Source: Eutreptiella sp. 'Long Island Sound 2002' (lineage: Eukaryota > Protista > Euglenida). From it: DNA of 64,000 nt. The notes below the pieces were generated by a model. That model searched no databases, had not been told where the DNA came from, and saw nothing but the letters and a program-made list of their open reading frames with translations. The stretch spans positions 76,880,001-76,944,000 of the forward strand of contig OZ038378.1 of assembly GCA_964036045.1 (NCBI GenBank). Reading direction: 5' to 3'. Positions 37,061-46,695 of the stretch are shown here, piece by piece; the first letter of the stretch is position 1; every line of letters starts with the position of its first letter. The position numbers were made by a program, and so were the translations under genes.

Positions 37061-37929
37061 GCTGCCGCAAGTGAGTGATGGTCAGACATGCCATGGGGGA
37101 TGGTGGATGATGCGACTAGGGGTACTCCGAGCAAGCACAACACCGGCCCCCGTTGTAGGCGGTTACTATTTCGCCACCTCGCCATCGCCCCCTGCCCTCC
37201 ATGCATAGGCCCCCACATGTGTGCCTAGGGGGGCTAGACAAGTTAGCGATAAGTTAGCGCTTGGGTTACCCCATCACTCACTCATTTTCCCATCACGGCC
37301 CCAATAGTGGCAACCAACCATGGAATTGGCAGCGCCTGCATCTGGAGTTGCACCGTAGCCGGTGCCGCAACACCAATCACCACGCCGTAAACGCGAATAT
37401 ATTGACCGTCGGGGGCTCACTTGGGGTGCGACACCACAACAGCCGACAAAATTTGCGCCAGAGCTAATGATGCCTGCCTGCAGGGTCTTGCCGCAACCAC
37501 GATGCCCCTGGACGTACTCATGGCTCCTTGTGCTTTCTCCGTATGAAGCTACGAGACCCTTGCTACAAAATGGTGGTGGGCAGGGTGCTCAGCCAGTTGG
37601 AGTCCCACAAGTGATCTCGGGCCAGTGGGTAGGACGGGTGGTCATGTGGGATTCCCCCTCTGCCCCCTCGCTCTATTTTATGCAAGACCCAAGGCTTAGG
37701 TAACCTTTTTTTGTTTGGGCCAATCTTCTTTCTTCCGCGCCTTCCGCACGCGTGTATGTACCCACTGTGAACGGCAGTTTTGAATGAGTACGCTCACTTT
37801 GCTGATTTTTAGGCCGATTTGCCTATTGTGCCCTGTCTTTGTGCCCGTGTGCGGTGCTTACTTCACCTAAAGTTCATACAAATTCGTACCGCGCAATTTG
37901 TAGCTTGAATAGGTCATAATGTAGCTTAA

Positions 37930-38020
37930 ATTCGCAAATAAAATTTGAATTCGCGTTCGCATTCGCAACCTAAATTTGCCATTGATATGTGCCCTCACAT
38001 TCGCGCGAACTTCGCGCGAA
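37930..38020. repeat. TTCGCGCGAA palindrome cluster 1
   Basis: Perfect copies at 38000 and 38011, with partial ttcgc copies upstream. Confidence 0.9.
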
Positions 38021-38124
38021 TATCCTTTGCTTTTCGCGTCAGCATGTTGTTCTTGTCGTATGTCTTTTGTTCCGACCTCACTTTCGCTTTTTCTGTGACC
38101 ATGTCCAGCTAGCAGTCGATCCCC

Positions 38125-41100
38125 ATGTCCCAGATCGGGTTCCTCTCCCTCCGCGACCCGGCAGACGGCACCCTGGGCCACTACCAGGGCCTCGCCCTTC
38201 GCGCCGGCACGTTGGAGGAGGCCACGTACACGGGGGGCCTGGCAGTGGAGGAGGTGGTGGGGTGGGCGAAAGGGTTGGCCATGCCCCCCCAGGTGATCCA
38301 TGTGGACATGCGCACCCCCGAAAGGGCGGGATGGTTTGGGAAAAAAGGTTGGGCCACTTACCTTTTCCGGGAGTTGCAAGTGGCCCTCCCGGGGTTGCGG
38401 GCCGTCCGGCTCATTCCCGCCCGCGACACGGTGGAGAGCCTTTTGGGAATCATGGCCACGCACACCGTGGGCAAGCCCAAGGCTGGCCTTTGTGCCATCT
38501 ACCCCACCACTGGCCTCGTTTACTGCCCCATGAGGATGGACATGATTGCCATCAATAACTATTTTCCTGCCGGTGAGCCGCAAGCTAACCATTCTAACCT
38601 TCCTTTTCAATGGCAGGGAGTGCAGGCCCAGTGGTGGGACGATATGGGCATCTTGCCCAGCCACCCGACCGTGCCCCCTCTTCACCACATCCCCAATATC
38701 ACTGTGCCCAGTCTCCATAGGATGAAGGGGCTCGGTTGGTATCGGGGAATCGCGGACCCCCCCCCTTCATTACGCCCGAGCCCCCCTTGCTCATGGCACC
38801 CCTGCAGGACCCCCCCTCGTATGCCACCGCTAACCCCTCCGTGAAGGCTGACCGCCCAGCCCCCCCCGATGGCTCGCAACTTCATGGACGGCCTCGGCTA
38901 CACAGTCCACCGCGATATTGTTGTCGCGGAGGACTGCAAGACCACCTGGGGGAAGGTGGAAAAAATTTGGGGTGAGGGGAACCAAGTTCCTCAACACTTT
39001 GACCCGGTGTTCAATGTGAAACCGGTGTAGGAACAGAGGAAGCACCCCACCCTTCCTCAGCGGTACCAGTACAAGCCCTCCAAAACTAGGGGGCTGGCTG
39101 GTGCCCTTATTAAAAAGTTTATTAACTCCATGCAGGACCGTGTCCCCGATCCGTTCGAGGACTTGTTTGAGATGCCGTGTTCGGTCATCGTGTCGGGTGC
39201 TGAGTCGGGGGACCACCTCCCGCACACGGATGTCTCCACCGCCCCCGACATGCCCCCCCCCCCCTGACCGCCACCCCTCCAGCTGCCACATCTCCACCTT
39301 CGTGGCCCTCTCCCCCCAATACCGCCTCAACATCCAGGCGGGAACGGCGCTGGGGGAGGCCACGGAGGAGGGGTGGGACGAGGTCCTCCTCGAACAGGGG
39401 GAGGTCCTCGTCATGGTCAGCACTGCCCGGCACCGCGGGCTCCCCTCTCCCCCCGGGCAAACGATGCAAGGGGCACTGTTTACGCAGTTGACCCCCGATC
39501 GGCGTCATTCGGGGGTTAAGCCAAATACGACGCATCTGGACCCCCTCACCCCCCTGGAGCTCAAGGACTGCCTCGGCCTGCTGAAATGGGGGGGGGTGCA
39601 TGGGGGAGGACGTGCCCACGTTCGGGCAACTTTTGCTGTTGGGTGTTGGATTGGAGGCTCGGGTGGGGCTGGCCAGGGACGTGGTGGACGACGTCTTCAG
39701 GACCCCCCGAGGTGCAGCTAGGCCCCCCGGTGTGCACACACCATCCCTTGTTCCTCTCGCGCTCCGCGCACGGCATCTCCCCCGTCACCGTGCGCAAGGG
39801 GGAAATCCTCCTGTGGAACGGGGCCTATGAGATGGAGGTGGTGAAGGCGGACTCGACGGACAGGGACGCGGAGGTGACATGGGCACTTGGTGCTACGCTG
39901 CCCCCCACGCGCCCGGCCCCCGCGTGGCGGCTGCTGCACGCTGTGCCGGAGTGGAAGCGGGCGAAGGAGTCCAAGAAGGGGACGTGGACTATGACCTGCC
40001 CGTGTGAATGTGAGGTATGCATTGTTTTCTACCCCGTATTCGCGCGAAGTTCGCGCGAAGTTCGCAACTGTGTGCTTCGCATTCGAATGTGCTCATTCAC
40101 GAATTTCTCGCGAAGTTCGCGCGAACTTCGCGCCAACTTGGCGCGAATTTCACATGAATATTTACATTTCATTCATTTTTTTCATTTCATCTCCTTCTCA
40201 GGAGGCATGGCACTGCTGGCTGCCCGACCCCTGAGCGGCCGTGGCCCCCTAGAAGCGATTCTGCCCGGCCGGGCACACCAGTGCCCCTGCACTGCCGGGC
40301 ACGGGCACAGGCACGGGCATGGGCACGGGCACGGGCGGCCACGTGACCTTCGACATGCCCTCGAGTTCGGCCGGCGCCCCGCCCGCAGACATCCGGCTGG
40401 CCGGTCCCGCGGCCCCCCCTCCAGCCCCGGGCCCCGACCCCGTGGTCGTCGCAAACCCTGTGGCAGGAACCGGTGCCACGGCCTACCCGTCGGACCCCCC
40501 CCCCCCATCACGACCCTCTCCATGCTGCGGACCCAGCCCCCGTTCGCATGGAAGCTGGACCTCCCGGAACGGAAGCGGGCAAGGGAGGAGTTCGTGGCGA
40601 CGACGTGGGAGATCGAGGTGGAGACGCACGATGGGGCGCGGGAGCCGCCCCTCAAAATTTCTTTCCCCTGCGCCATCACCCACCCCAACCCCGCGGGAGG
40701 TTGGAAGGAGGGGGAGAGGGTTATTGCCCTCTACGCATACCGGCTGCGTGGAGGGCATTGGAGGATGGATTGTTGTGTGCAGGGTAGGGCGGGGGTGCCG
40801 GTGGGGCAGCTGAGGCGGGTGGCGGCTTTGGCGGTGACGGGGTTGAGGGGATGGGGGGACCGGGTGGAGGAGCACATGAGCTACGCCTGGCTCCAAATGC
40901 TCACCCGGGCAAAGGAGGAGCAGCGCCGGCATTTGGGGGAGGTGAGGGGAGTGGTGGACGTGCATGCGGAGGAGGGGGAGGGGGAGGGGGACGATGCCTC
41001 CTCCATGCGGAGCTCCAGGAGCGGCGGGTCCAAGGGCAAGGTGGGCCGGCCCCGCAGGGCCCCCAAACTGCCCGCCAAGTCGGGGGGCCAGCCCTCGGCT

Positions 41101-41690
41101 GCACAACCCCCGCCGGCAGTGCACGTGGACGCGTGGGTGGCGGCGCAGGCGGGCGCCATGCCTGAGTGGCAAAAGCGGGCGGTGGCGGCGGAGGGGGAGG
41201 TTCTCCTCCTGCGGGGCGAGCTCCAAGAGGCGGAGCAGCGGGCGCAGGAGGCGGGGCGGCGGGCAACGGCAGCGGAGCGGGAGCGGGACGTGCTGCGGGC
41301 GCAGGCCCGCAAACCCAAGCCCAAGCCGGGGCAGCAGCAGGAGGTGGGGGGAGCGGAGGGGGGGGGGGGGGGGGGCAGGGGGGGGGGTGAGCGACGGGGT
41401 GAAGTACCTCATGGCGGGGAGCCAGGCCTGGAAGTCCCAGGCAGAGAAGGTGAAGGGGGAGCTCTCAGCAGTGGCCGCCACCGCGCCTGCTGCTTGGCCA
41501 GAAGGAGGGGGGGCTGTCCTTCGAGTCGGTGATGCCAGGGTATAAAGCTGCCTTGGACAGCCATGACGCTGTTGAGAAGCGGTACCTGGGGGACGCCCTG
41601 TTGGAGGGCGCCACTAACCCTGCCTTCAAGCCCGCCACGCCCGCCGAGGCCCAGGGCTCTGGGAGCTCCATTGGCACTGCAAGCCAGTAG
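38125..41690 (+). pseudogene. Cassette B two-exon multidomain gene: GNAT-like + PhyH-like 2OG-Fe(II) dioxygenase + unknown domains + coiled coil
   Basis: IHVD..FGKKGWATYLFREL is GNAT-like. FMDGLGYTVHRDIV, PVFNV, SVIVSG..DHLPHTD (H 39223, D 39229), STFVALS and LEQGEVLVMVSTARHRG (H 39431) form the dioxygenase. WTMTCPCECE|GTATGC, then exon 2 from 40202 (EAWHCW..KRFCPAGH, WEIEVET..LYAY..WRMDCCV..LRGWGDRVEE, coiled coil). Stops at 39028, 40232 and 40250. Frameshifts mostly at C/G homopolymers. Confidence 0.75.
40015..40201 (+). other. Phase-0 GT-AG intron of cassette B gene containing TTCGCGCGAA cluster 2 (40039-40147)
   Basis: Donor gag|GTATGC and acceptor catttcatctccttctcAG|gag. Splicing joins in frame to track ORF 40319. 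Confidence 0.7.
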
Positions 41691-41760
41691 TGTCACCCTG
41701 CGAACGGCCCTTTTTAACCCTTGTAAATTACACCGGGGCCAACCACTGTCCTGAACATGC

Positions 41761-41856
41761 TGCGAACTTCGCGCGAAATTCGCGCGATTCCTTGCAAATG
41801 CGCGACCGACCTAGCCGACCACTGTCCTGGGATTTTTTGCGCGAACTTCGCGCGAA
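41761..41856. repeat. TTCGCGCGAA palindrome cluster 3
   Basis: Copies at 41768, 41779, 41836 and 41847. Confidence 0.9.
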
Positions 41857-42025
41857 TTTATGCAGTATTTTTGTTTAATAGTGGTTCCCAACACATGGGG
41901 TGTACGAATGTGTTGTACAAATTTTTTGTTGTGCGGTGGATGCCAATGAGGCTGGCTTTGTCTAACTTTCTTGACTTTCATAATCAACATGCATTGCCTT
42001 TTGCCTATTGTCAGTGTTTTTTGTC

Positions 42026-43826
42026 ATGGGACGTGGGAGTGGCGACAAGGGGAAGAAGGCCTTTGCCCATGTCAAGTCCAGGCAGCACCGGGCCCGCCGC
42101 TTGAGGACATTGCAAGAAGTTGTATCGGGGGAACTAGGAGCCGAGTACGTGGTGAGGCACCTTCCGGACACGGGGCAGATTGTCCTCACACCAGTAGACG
42201 GGGGGGGGGAGTGGTGCTCTACCCACTGCACCATCCATGTGGGAGAAGACCGTCGGAGCGGTGTGGCGCATCCGATCGCTGCACTTGTCCAGGACGGAGG
42301 CGCAGTACCTCACTCCCCATTTAGTGGAGGGAGTACCATGGGAGGACTTGTGGGTCACCGTGCAGCAGCTTGCGCAGCCCGCGTAGGAGGGGTTTGTAGC
42401 CAAGACGGGGGATGACACGGAGCTATACGGAGCCTTTTGCCCGTTACCGGCGCGGTTGCAACACCTGTACCGTTGCCGACCGGTTGAACCCGCCCACGTC
42501 CAACAACCGGGCAATCCAAGGCTGCATTGGATGCCACTAGCAGTGGACGGCACGTCGCGGCACGAGGCGTCCTTCGTGCATTGCACCCTCGGGGGTACCC
42601 GTAGCCCCGATCAACTAGCAAGTTGGTGGCTATTGGGGGTTAGTGAGGAGTGGTCGACCTTGTATGCGGCTGCTCAAGAGGTTGACTTCGACCAACAGTT
42701 GTGGGATGCTAGTAAGGTTGTCTTCCAAGACACTTCCGGTGCTGACCGGGAAACACTTTTCTTCCTCTGTGCCGATGGCAAGGCACAAATTTTAATGGCC
42801 AACGGTAAAAATTTCAAAGCCGAGGCTCCACGAGCCATGGTTTGTTGGGTTTGCGGCCGCAATAATCCAGACTGCCTTGCCAATTTTGGTTTGGAAGCCA
42901 CCATTGACGGGTGGTGGGAGGTTGTGCTCCCCATGGGAGCCATATATAGACACATCCTAGCCAAACGTCGCATTCCCGACTACGGGTTGCACGGGGTGCT
43001 GCGGGTAACTATTTGTGGTATTTCCGGCATGAGGGATGCGGTGTCGGCTGCCATTGGCAAGTCCGCGGCGGTCGTCGTCCGCAATTTTTTCCAACCGATC
43101 CTAGATGTTGCCCGCATGGCAGCCAAGACGGTAACAAAGGATAGGATGGCAAAGGGCAATGACACCGCCAACGCAAAGGGAAACGTTAGGCTAGAGTGTG
43201 CCGCGGCTGTGCAACTCATGCGCACCCGGAGGTGGGAGGCACGCATTGCCGTGTGCCTTGAAGAGGGGGGAATGAACAACAAGCGGGTGGGGGGAAAACC
43301 ATGGGGGGATGTTTGTAGGCAGTGGTGGGACAATTTTGCCAAGATGTGTATATATGCATGGTGGACATCTTGGCTGTCCGGGGCAGACTTAGGAAGGTTA
43401 CGTGACTGTAGCATAGCAATGGGCAAAGCCCACTTACTCTTGGAATGGCCTAAGCTGTTGTGGTCACATTTGTGGATTGACCACATGTATTTTTTTGCCA
43501 GCCAATGGAGAAATCTCTCCCAATGGTCATGCTTCACTATGGAAGGCAACCACCGTAGGCTCAAGCGCATGTTGCGCAACAGCGGGGGCCTAAGCCTTCT
43601 GCGTGGGCGGCTAGGTGTGCAGGTTGTCGTTGACAACCACACCATAGACAACAGTCTCGGTGCGGAGGGGTGGGACGTCACAAAGAGGTCCATGCGTGGG
43701 CAAGGCCCAGTGACCGTACAACAATTGGCTAGGCGGGCCCGCAAGAGGGCCTTTAGTGACCTCAACTGTGTACATACCCTTATGCAACGTTTCAGACGAC
43801 GCAAACAGCGCAAACAACGAGCATAG
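42026..43826 (+). pseudogene. Transib/RAG1-core-like DDE transposase (~600 aa; one frameshift, one stop)
   Basis: N-terminal KAFAHVKSRQHRARRLRTL resembles a nonamer-binding-domain-like segment. LAVDG (D 42546), CADGK (D 42774), CWVC (42843), DYGLHG, HLWIDH and MEGNH (E 43542) give the D-D-CxxC-LH-HxxxxH-E order of RAG1/Transib. Frameshift at the G-run ~42200-42210 and TAG at 42384. The last 456 codons are open. Confidence 0.85.
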
Positions 43827-43909
43827 TACGTTTGGACAGTTCATGGCCGGCGAAGTGGACGTGCGTGTTATTGTGAATTAAGATGTGCATGCATACCTGT
43901 ACGCCAATC

Positions 43910-43970
43910 TGGGACAAATTCGCGCGAACTTTGCGCGAAGTTCGCGCGCACTTCGCGCGAATTTGTCCCA
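43910..43970. repeat. TTCGCGCGAA cluster 4, itself a ~60-bp palindrome
   Basis: tgggacaaattcgcgcgaa...ttcgcgcgaatttgtccca, with units at 43919, 43930, 43941 and 43952. Confidence 0.9.
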
Positions 43971-44250
43971 GATTCGCATTCGCAAGTGTCGCAGCAGACA
44001 CAGGCGAACGGCACAATACGAATAGGGCATTAAACGGCTACCATGGCCACGCAGTGTATGGAAAAGGGGTGGTTTTTTCTCGCAGGGACCTGTATTTTAT
44101 TTTTTTAGAATTTTTGAAACCATATCCTCCATTCCAACCCATTGAAAAAGGCCTTTTTCGGACAAAATAGTTGTTTTGGGTACCCATATTCGCTCTCTCA
44201 TTCAAAAGTTCCCTTAATGTCAATTCGCAAAAGGTACATAGTAGGGTTCT

Positions 44251-45290
44251 TTGGTCATTCCACTAGTATCTCTTCTTCCCTATGTTGCAGAACTCATATC
44301 GCAACATCCCATAAGCATGTTCTTTGGCAACCCGGTCCAACTGGGCCCCCTTGCAAAACGCAGCGCCGTTATCTCCGCAATCCCCTATTTTTGCTTTCCA
44401 GCCAGACGAAGTGGGAAGAAAAGGCAAGAGGCATACAATGTTGGACAGAAAGCATGTTCCACACTTTTTTTGAACACCCCAACGGCAACTCGGTGTGATT
44501 TTGTAAGACAAGCAACCATAATTATGTGGAAAGACTGTGTGAGGTGCACTGCGTGCTGCATGAGTTCCTACTCATGCAAACCGATTTGCGTGCATGTTGG
44601 GCAACACGGTTGCCACAAACACACGATCTGTTGCAACATGCGTTTTTTTTTATCTTTCATGGCCATGTCAAATTTGCACTGTCTTGCACCCGAGGCCCCA
44701 AACAAACCCCAAAACGGAACCCTGGACAGGCCCCATCCGCCAAGACAAGTTGCAAAGCCATCAACTTCCACAACACCAGAACATGTCCTTGAAGTTCCCT
44801 GGGATGACTTTTTTGACAATGTCACAAAGGTGGTAAAGGTTTTCAGAGGCGCACCTACAAATTTTCATCTTTATAGGGATCCAACGGATCTTGTGGTCAC
44901 CGATGGGGAAAAGTTGGTGGTGAACCACTTGCTTGAGCATGATATTTTGAGTCAAGTGGAGCCCGAGCTTTTGTTGGAAGACCTTGATAGGGTGCCTTTC
45001 ATAGAGAAGGCGTCCATTTTCACTGAGAACCCCCCTGTGGTGGGTAGGCCCAAGGATTCAGGGGCCTGCCGTACTGTTTATGGTGACTATGGAGATCACA
45101 ACCACCACAAGCACAACCCCCACAAGTTGCACGATCTACCTGTGTTGAAAACAATTGCAGATCTTGTACAATGTTGGATATGGCCAAGATCTTTATCTGC
45201 TTTGGGATCTCCCGGATGCGTTTTTGGCACAACCCCCTTCTCCTTGGCCGCGTGGTTGCTTGCTTTTCATTGGGCCCCGTCCGGGTAGGG
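44251..45290 (+). pseudogene. Cys-cluster + AlkB-like 2OG-Fe(II) oxygenase remnant
   Basis: Open 345-aa frame with CxxCxxC..C..C.H..C.H..CCN, then RTVYGDY...LPVLKTIADLV. A shifted frame gives WH..LG.VVACFSLGPVR (AlkB-type SLG..R). The HxD Asp and distal His were not found. Confidence 0.35.
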
Positions 45291-45559
45291 TCCGCCCTTT
45301 TTGCCGCTTGTTTTTTTCCCCTTGTTGTCATCTTTGTCGTGTTTTTTTTTTGGCGTTCCTCCTCGGGTTCTCTCTCTCGCTCGCGCCCCCTTTTGGCTTT
45401 GGTTTTGGGTTGGTTTTGGCCCGGGCCGCCCGGGCCCTTGGCGCTTTTTTTGTGCCCCTATGCTCTTCTTGCGAGTTCTAGCTCCGGCTTGGGCGTGTTC
45501 CTGCGCTCTGTGTAGGCTTGCTGCGGTTCCTTTTATTCTTTTCTCCTTTGTGCGCCGAA

Positions 45560-46695
45560 TCTGCGGAGATGCTGTCAAGTTATATCTTGGCTGCACCACG
45601 GCCAGAGGCCATTCCTACAGTCCCATTTAGCAGCTTACCATGTGCCAAGAGCATTGCGCAGTTAAAGAATGTTGTTGGGCAGGGGACATTGATCTGTTCG
45701 TTCCCAGGATGCCAACACCGTTTGCGGTTGGTGGGCATGCGAGCACATGTGGCGGCACATTTCTTGTTGGGGCACCGATGGGAGGGCGAGGAAGGGATGG
45801 ATGCGTCCAATCTCTGCCTTTTTTTTTGGGTCATGTATTGGGTTGTGCCATAAGACTTGACACGTAGTGGCAAAGTCCACGGTAACTACCGTGTGGCGTA
45901 CACAAAACAGCATGTGAGCAAAGCAGCGAAGGGCTCGAAATGGAGCCCCTACACGAATGTGCCTACGGCGTGTCTAGTGAAATCATGCACCAAATGGTTG
46001 TGCACGTATGCCCTGCATAGCCACATGCAAGCGGCACATCCCATTATGGCACCTCCGCACTTCATTGTTGGGGAGGAGGAGAGAGCAGCGGTGGTCAAAT
46101 GTTTTGGGGCGGGACGTAGAGGCCAACGTGTAGTGAACGAGGAAACCGACTTACCCATTCCTGCCGTCCAAACTCCTACGGAAGTAGTAGTGGCTGCGGC
46201 GGATAACAGTTCGAGCTCCAGTTTGAGCTCCGGTTCTAGTAGCAATTGGTCGTCCAGCTCCACGTCCATCTCTAGTGCATCGTCAAGTAGCAGTCGGTCC
46301 AGTAGTGTGTCTAGTGCATTTGAGTTTGTGCCCTCTAAGGATGTGTCGGATGCAGGCCCAACAGTTGTTGCAACGCGGGCACAATGTAACAAGAGGACGC
46401 GGACCACACCACCCACAAAGGGGAGAACACCGTCTGGGAATCGCATGAATGGAGTGATGACTCCAATGTGGAGCAGCCTCGAAGGCTCTGTGCCGCCGAT
46501 GAGGAAGCACCGCCCCGTCCTAAACCTGCTCCAAGGCCACCAAGTGAGAATGCCAAGGCGTGGGCTAAGGATGTTCAGGTAAGGGTGGAGGCAATGGCAA
46601 AGCATAAGCGAACCCATTGTCAGGTGTGTGGCCATCCGAACCCCAAGTGCACTTGTGCATGGGCCGTGGGCCCCCGTATCACCCGGCCCAATTAA
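45560..46695 (+). pseudogene. Cys/His-rich Zn-binding domains, Ser-rich linker and terminal CxxC..CxC motif, TE-like, decayed
   Basis: CSFPGC..MRAHVAAH (C2H2), NLCLF, SP(Y)TNVPTAC..C..YALHSHMQAAH, and terminal HCQVCGHPNPKCTC. Contains a stop and a frameshift. Confidence 0.45.

Larger units (their letters stand above)
37763..44056 (+). mobile_element. Transib/RAG1-like DNA transposon (~6.3 kb) carrying a dioxygenase cargo gene (cassette B)
   Basis: Putative termini CACTGTG (37763) and CGCAGTG (ends 44056; reverse complement CACTGCG) resemble the Transib CAC(A/T)(A/G)TG consensus. Weak subterminal inverted similarity (tattgtgcc / ggcacaata). Cargo gene, transposase and four TTCGCGCGAA arrays inside. 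No clean TSD. Confidence 0.7.

Noticed and set aside
37750-37770. Target-site duplication for element B
   Set aside because: The flanks gtacc (left) and tatgg (right) do not match, so the termini remain provisional.
38880-39500. Assigning the cargo dioxygenase to TET/JBP specifically
   Set aside because: The context (F..lGY.v.rd, FN...R.Q, sviv.g..Q/H.PHxD, Ge.l...HrG) looks more PhyH-like, and copy B lacks an obvious distal Arg. The substrate cannot be inferred without a profile search.
39760-40014. SET/post-SET domain at the end of exon 1 (VRKGEILL...CPC)
   Set aside because: The NHSCxPN and ELxxDY motifs are absent in both copies; the similarity is superficial.
40202-41690. RAG2-like partner of the RAG1-like transposase
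   Set aside because: No kelch repeats or PHD finger are visible, and the region splices to the dioxygenase exon.
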